Positions 61,201-64,000 of a stretch of DNA of 64,000 nucleotides are shown here, in pieces (positions within the stretch are counted from its first letter, which is position 1; each line of letters opens with the position of its first letter). This DNA comes from Scyliorhinus canicula (lineage: Eukaryota): contig NW_024055466.1 of the NCBI RefSeq assembly GCF_902713615.1, positions 62,001 to 126,000 of the forward strand, read 5' to 3'. The notes below the pieces were generated by a model that saw only the letters and a program-made list of their open reading frames with translations, did no database searches and was not told the DNA's origin. The position numbers and the translations under genes were made by a program.

Positions 61201-63408
61201 CATCCTGGCCTCTTTGATCAGAGAATCCCTGGAGTGCAGAAAGGCCATTCGGCCTGTCAAGACGGCACCGTCCCTTCGAAAGACCCTTCCTAGGCCCACT
61301 CTTCACCCTGTCCCCACCTGACCTGTGGAAGGAAACCAGAGCACTGGAGGAAACCTACACAGACACGTGGAGAATGTGCAAATTCCACAGTCACCTAAGG
61401 CCGGAATTGAACCCTGGTCGCTGGTGCTGTGAGGCAGCAGTGCAAACCACTCTGCCACCGTGCCGGGGTTCCAGTGGCCAGGAGAGAAAATGTATGACTC
61501 ATTGATTGAAAGGTCTGGTTTACAGCCACCCTCTTTCGAGGGGGGAAAGGTGCTGCAGGGCACACCTTAATAATAAGCACATTTTTTATTGTCACAAGTA
61601 GGTGTACATTAACACTGCAATGAAGTTACTGTGAAAAGCCCTGAGCCGCCACACTCCGGAAGATTTGAAGACTGCAATTTTTCTCTGATTCCAGTGCTGC
61701 TGAATTCTTTCCAGCTGCAGCTCCAACAGCAGTGTTTAAATTTTAACACAGTGAAATAGTTCCAGAGGTGAGTATTATTGAGCATTTATCTGTAATTTAG
61801 ACTTTTTAGTGTGTTTTGTTATCTGTGCTCTGGTTCCAGGGCTCTGTGCAGGTTTGGTCTTTCACTGTGGATATGAATCGATGTTCACCCGTTGCTCTGT
61901 TTGTGCTCTGCCCTCCCTCATCACCTCTCTGCCATTGTCTAATGTCTTCTGCCTCTAATAGTGGATTTATTTTAACCATGTTTGGTATTTTACTGTTATT
62001 TCTTCCAATGTGCCTGAATAAAGATTTAACCGCTGCCCATCGCTTGGCTATGTGCTGCTGATTTACCATCTTTATTTTCCCATGGTCAGGAATTGTTTTT
62101 CCAGCATCAGAGATCATTTTCCTTCTGCTGATCAGCTGATATTAACCATCAAATTCTGCTCCATATTTATTCCCTGCAATTGAAGATTTGAGATTACTAT
62201 CAGACCAGCCATGATCTTACTAAATGGTGGAGCAGACTTGAGGGGCTGAATGGCGACTCCTGCTCCTTGTTCATATGGTTATTTATTCTGTCACCCGGTG
62301 ATGTTAACTCTGTTTCTCTTGCCACAGTTACTTGCTGATATGATGAGTATTTTCAGTATTTGCTCTTTTTATTTCAGATTTTCAGTAACCACAGTATTTT
62401 GCTCTTATTCTGTTACAGGCGTTTCTCACGGAACCGAGTCTAGAAGCAGAGATAGACCAATTAAGAACTGATTTGCATTGGGGAGGGTTGGTTGTGGAGG
62501 TTAGTCTCTGGCCTCCAATTACAGTCCTTTGTCGCAGAATCATTGAATGATTACAATATAGATGGAGGCCATTCAGCCCGTCATACCCATGCTGCCTCAT
62601 CCCATTCCCCTGTCCTTCACTTCCTTGCAGCATTTTTTCTTTCCAAGGTCTTGTCCAATTCCCATTGGTTTGTTGTGTCAGTTTGGCTGGAATGGAGATG
62701 CAGGTGAAGCTGCTGGGTTTAACCCTGAGGACTTTGTAACCCAGTATTGAGCAATCATTTCAGATGTGAAGTTGTCAAGGGAGGTACGGGGAACGGCACT
62801 AAGTCATCCACATTTGGAGAGCCGGTGCAGACACAATGGGCCTTCTGCACCCTAGCAATTCAGTGATTGAGTGATCGAGACTAGTTTGCTCTGAGGTCAG
62901 CAGACTTAAGGAACTGTCCCAAAAACACTCCCTCTGTGTGCGGGATGGTGTTGCAGTGGTTAGCACTGCTGTTGCATGGCACTGAGCACCCGGGTTTGAT
63001 CTCAGCTCCGGCTCCCTGTCCGTGTGGAGTTTGCACATTTTCCCCGTGTCTGCATGGGTTTCACACCCACAACCCAAAGATGCGCAGGATTGGTCATGCT
63101 AAATTTTCCATTAATTGGAAAAAAATAATTGGGTACTCTAAATTTAAAAATCAAATGAGCTCATCTGCCTGTTTACCATTACCAATCTGATTAGCACAAC
63201 CTGTATGTAGATTAAAATCACATGATTATTGCAGTACTTTTCTCACAAGCCATTGTTCCTCCCTGTATTCTCCGTCCTACAGTTCGGGGGGCCTAGAAAC
63301 GACTCCCACAAGCGACTTCCTACGTTTATCATTTCTTATCAATATCCAACCTGATTGTGCATCTTGATATCCAGAACTAAGGTCAACTCTCTCTATTGTA
63401 CTAATGAC

Positions 63409-63730
63409 AGCACGGTAGCATTGTGGATAGCACAATCGCTTCACAGCTCCAGGGTCCCTGGTTCGATTCCGGCTTGGGTCACTGTCTGTGCGGAGTCTGC
63501 ACATCCTCCCCGTGTGTGCGTGGGTTTCCTCCGGGTGCTCCGGTTTCCTCCCACAGTCCATAGATGTGCAGGTTAGGTGGATTGGCCACGCTAAATTGCC
63601 CTTAGTGTTGGGTGGGGTTACTGGGTTATGGGGATAGGGTGGAGGTGTTAACCTTGGGTAGGGTGCTCTTTCCGGGAGTTGGTGCAGACTCGATGGGCCG
63701 AATGGCCTCCTTCTGCACTGTAAATTCTAT
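63409..63730 (+). mobile_element. HE1-type V-SINE
   Basis: Near-identical to the copy at 9945-10298. Confidence 0.8.
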
Positions 63731-64000
63731 CTATCTAATTAACAGAGGTGTCCCTCCGCATATTCCCGGTTTCCTGTCCTTCTGAAACATCACGCACCCT
63801 TGAATATTCAGGTCGCAGCCTTTGCATCTTGCAGCCGTGTCTCTGTAATGACTATCAGATCACAGTACCTGGAGTACGGTGCACACTTTCAATCTCCTTC
63901 ACTAAGGAGGGTGATTCTTGCATTGGGAGCAGTTCAGAGAAGGTTCACCGGGCTGATTCCTGGGATGAAGGTGTTGTGTTGTGAGGAAAGGTTGGGCCTG

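Noticed and set aside
90-63984. Most short ORFs in the six-frame track (e.g. HCLCGVCTSSPC..., TLGRDRS...)
   Set aside because: They are translations of SINEs, antisense LINEs or alternative frames of ZF arrays.

Overview
This is vertebrate genomic DNA, most likely from a cartilaginous fish (shark). That assignment is inferred from HE1/V-SINE-type SINEs, CR1, Rex1/Babar, L1 and Tx1 LINEs and Neptune-type Penelope remnants. The window holds one complete five-exon EMC4 (TMEM85) gene (CDS 3366-6800, 178 aa) inside a TE-dense cluster of C2H2 zinc-finger genes with single-exon coding regions and no recognisable effector domain. There are five finger-array ORFs, one of which has lost its ATG, plus three decayed copies. 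Main architecture: a diverged inverted duplication (~29.1-36.8 kb vs ~45.5-54.2 kb) places two ZF genes head-to-head, each behind a mirrored CCAAT/GC/NRF1/YY1 promoter. The spacer between the arms holds a tRNA-Lys(CTT) pseudogene, a Rex1/Babar LINE and a deleted Tx1 element. The most striking small-scale signals are short Penelope-derived elements whose arms carry minimal type I hammerhead ribozyme motifs, a foldback hairpin built from a ZF linker, and tRNA-headed SINEs with interchangeable LINE-type tails. Most ORFs in the supplied track are by-products of repeats. Repeat boundaries were placed by eye and are approximate.
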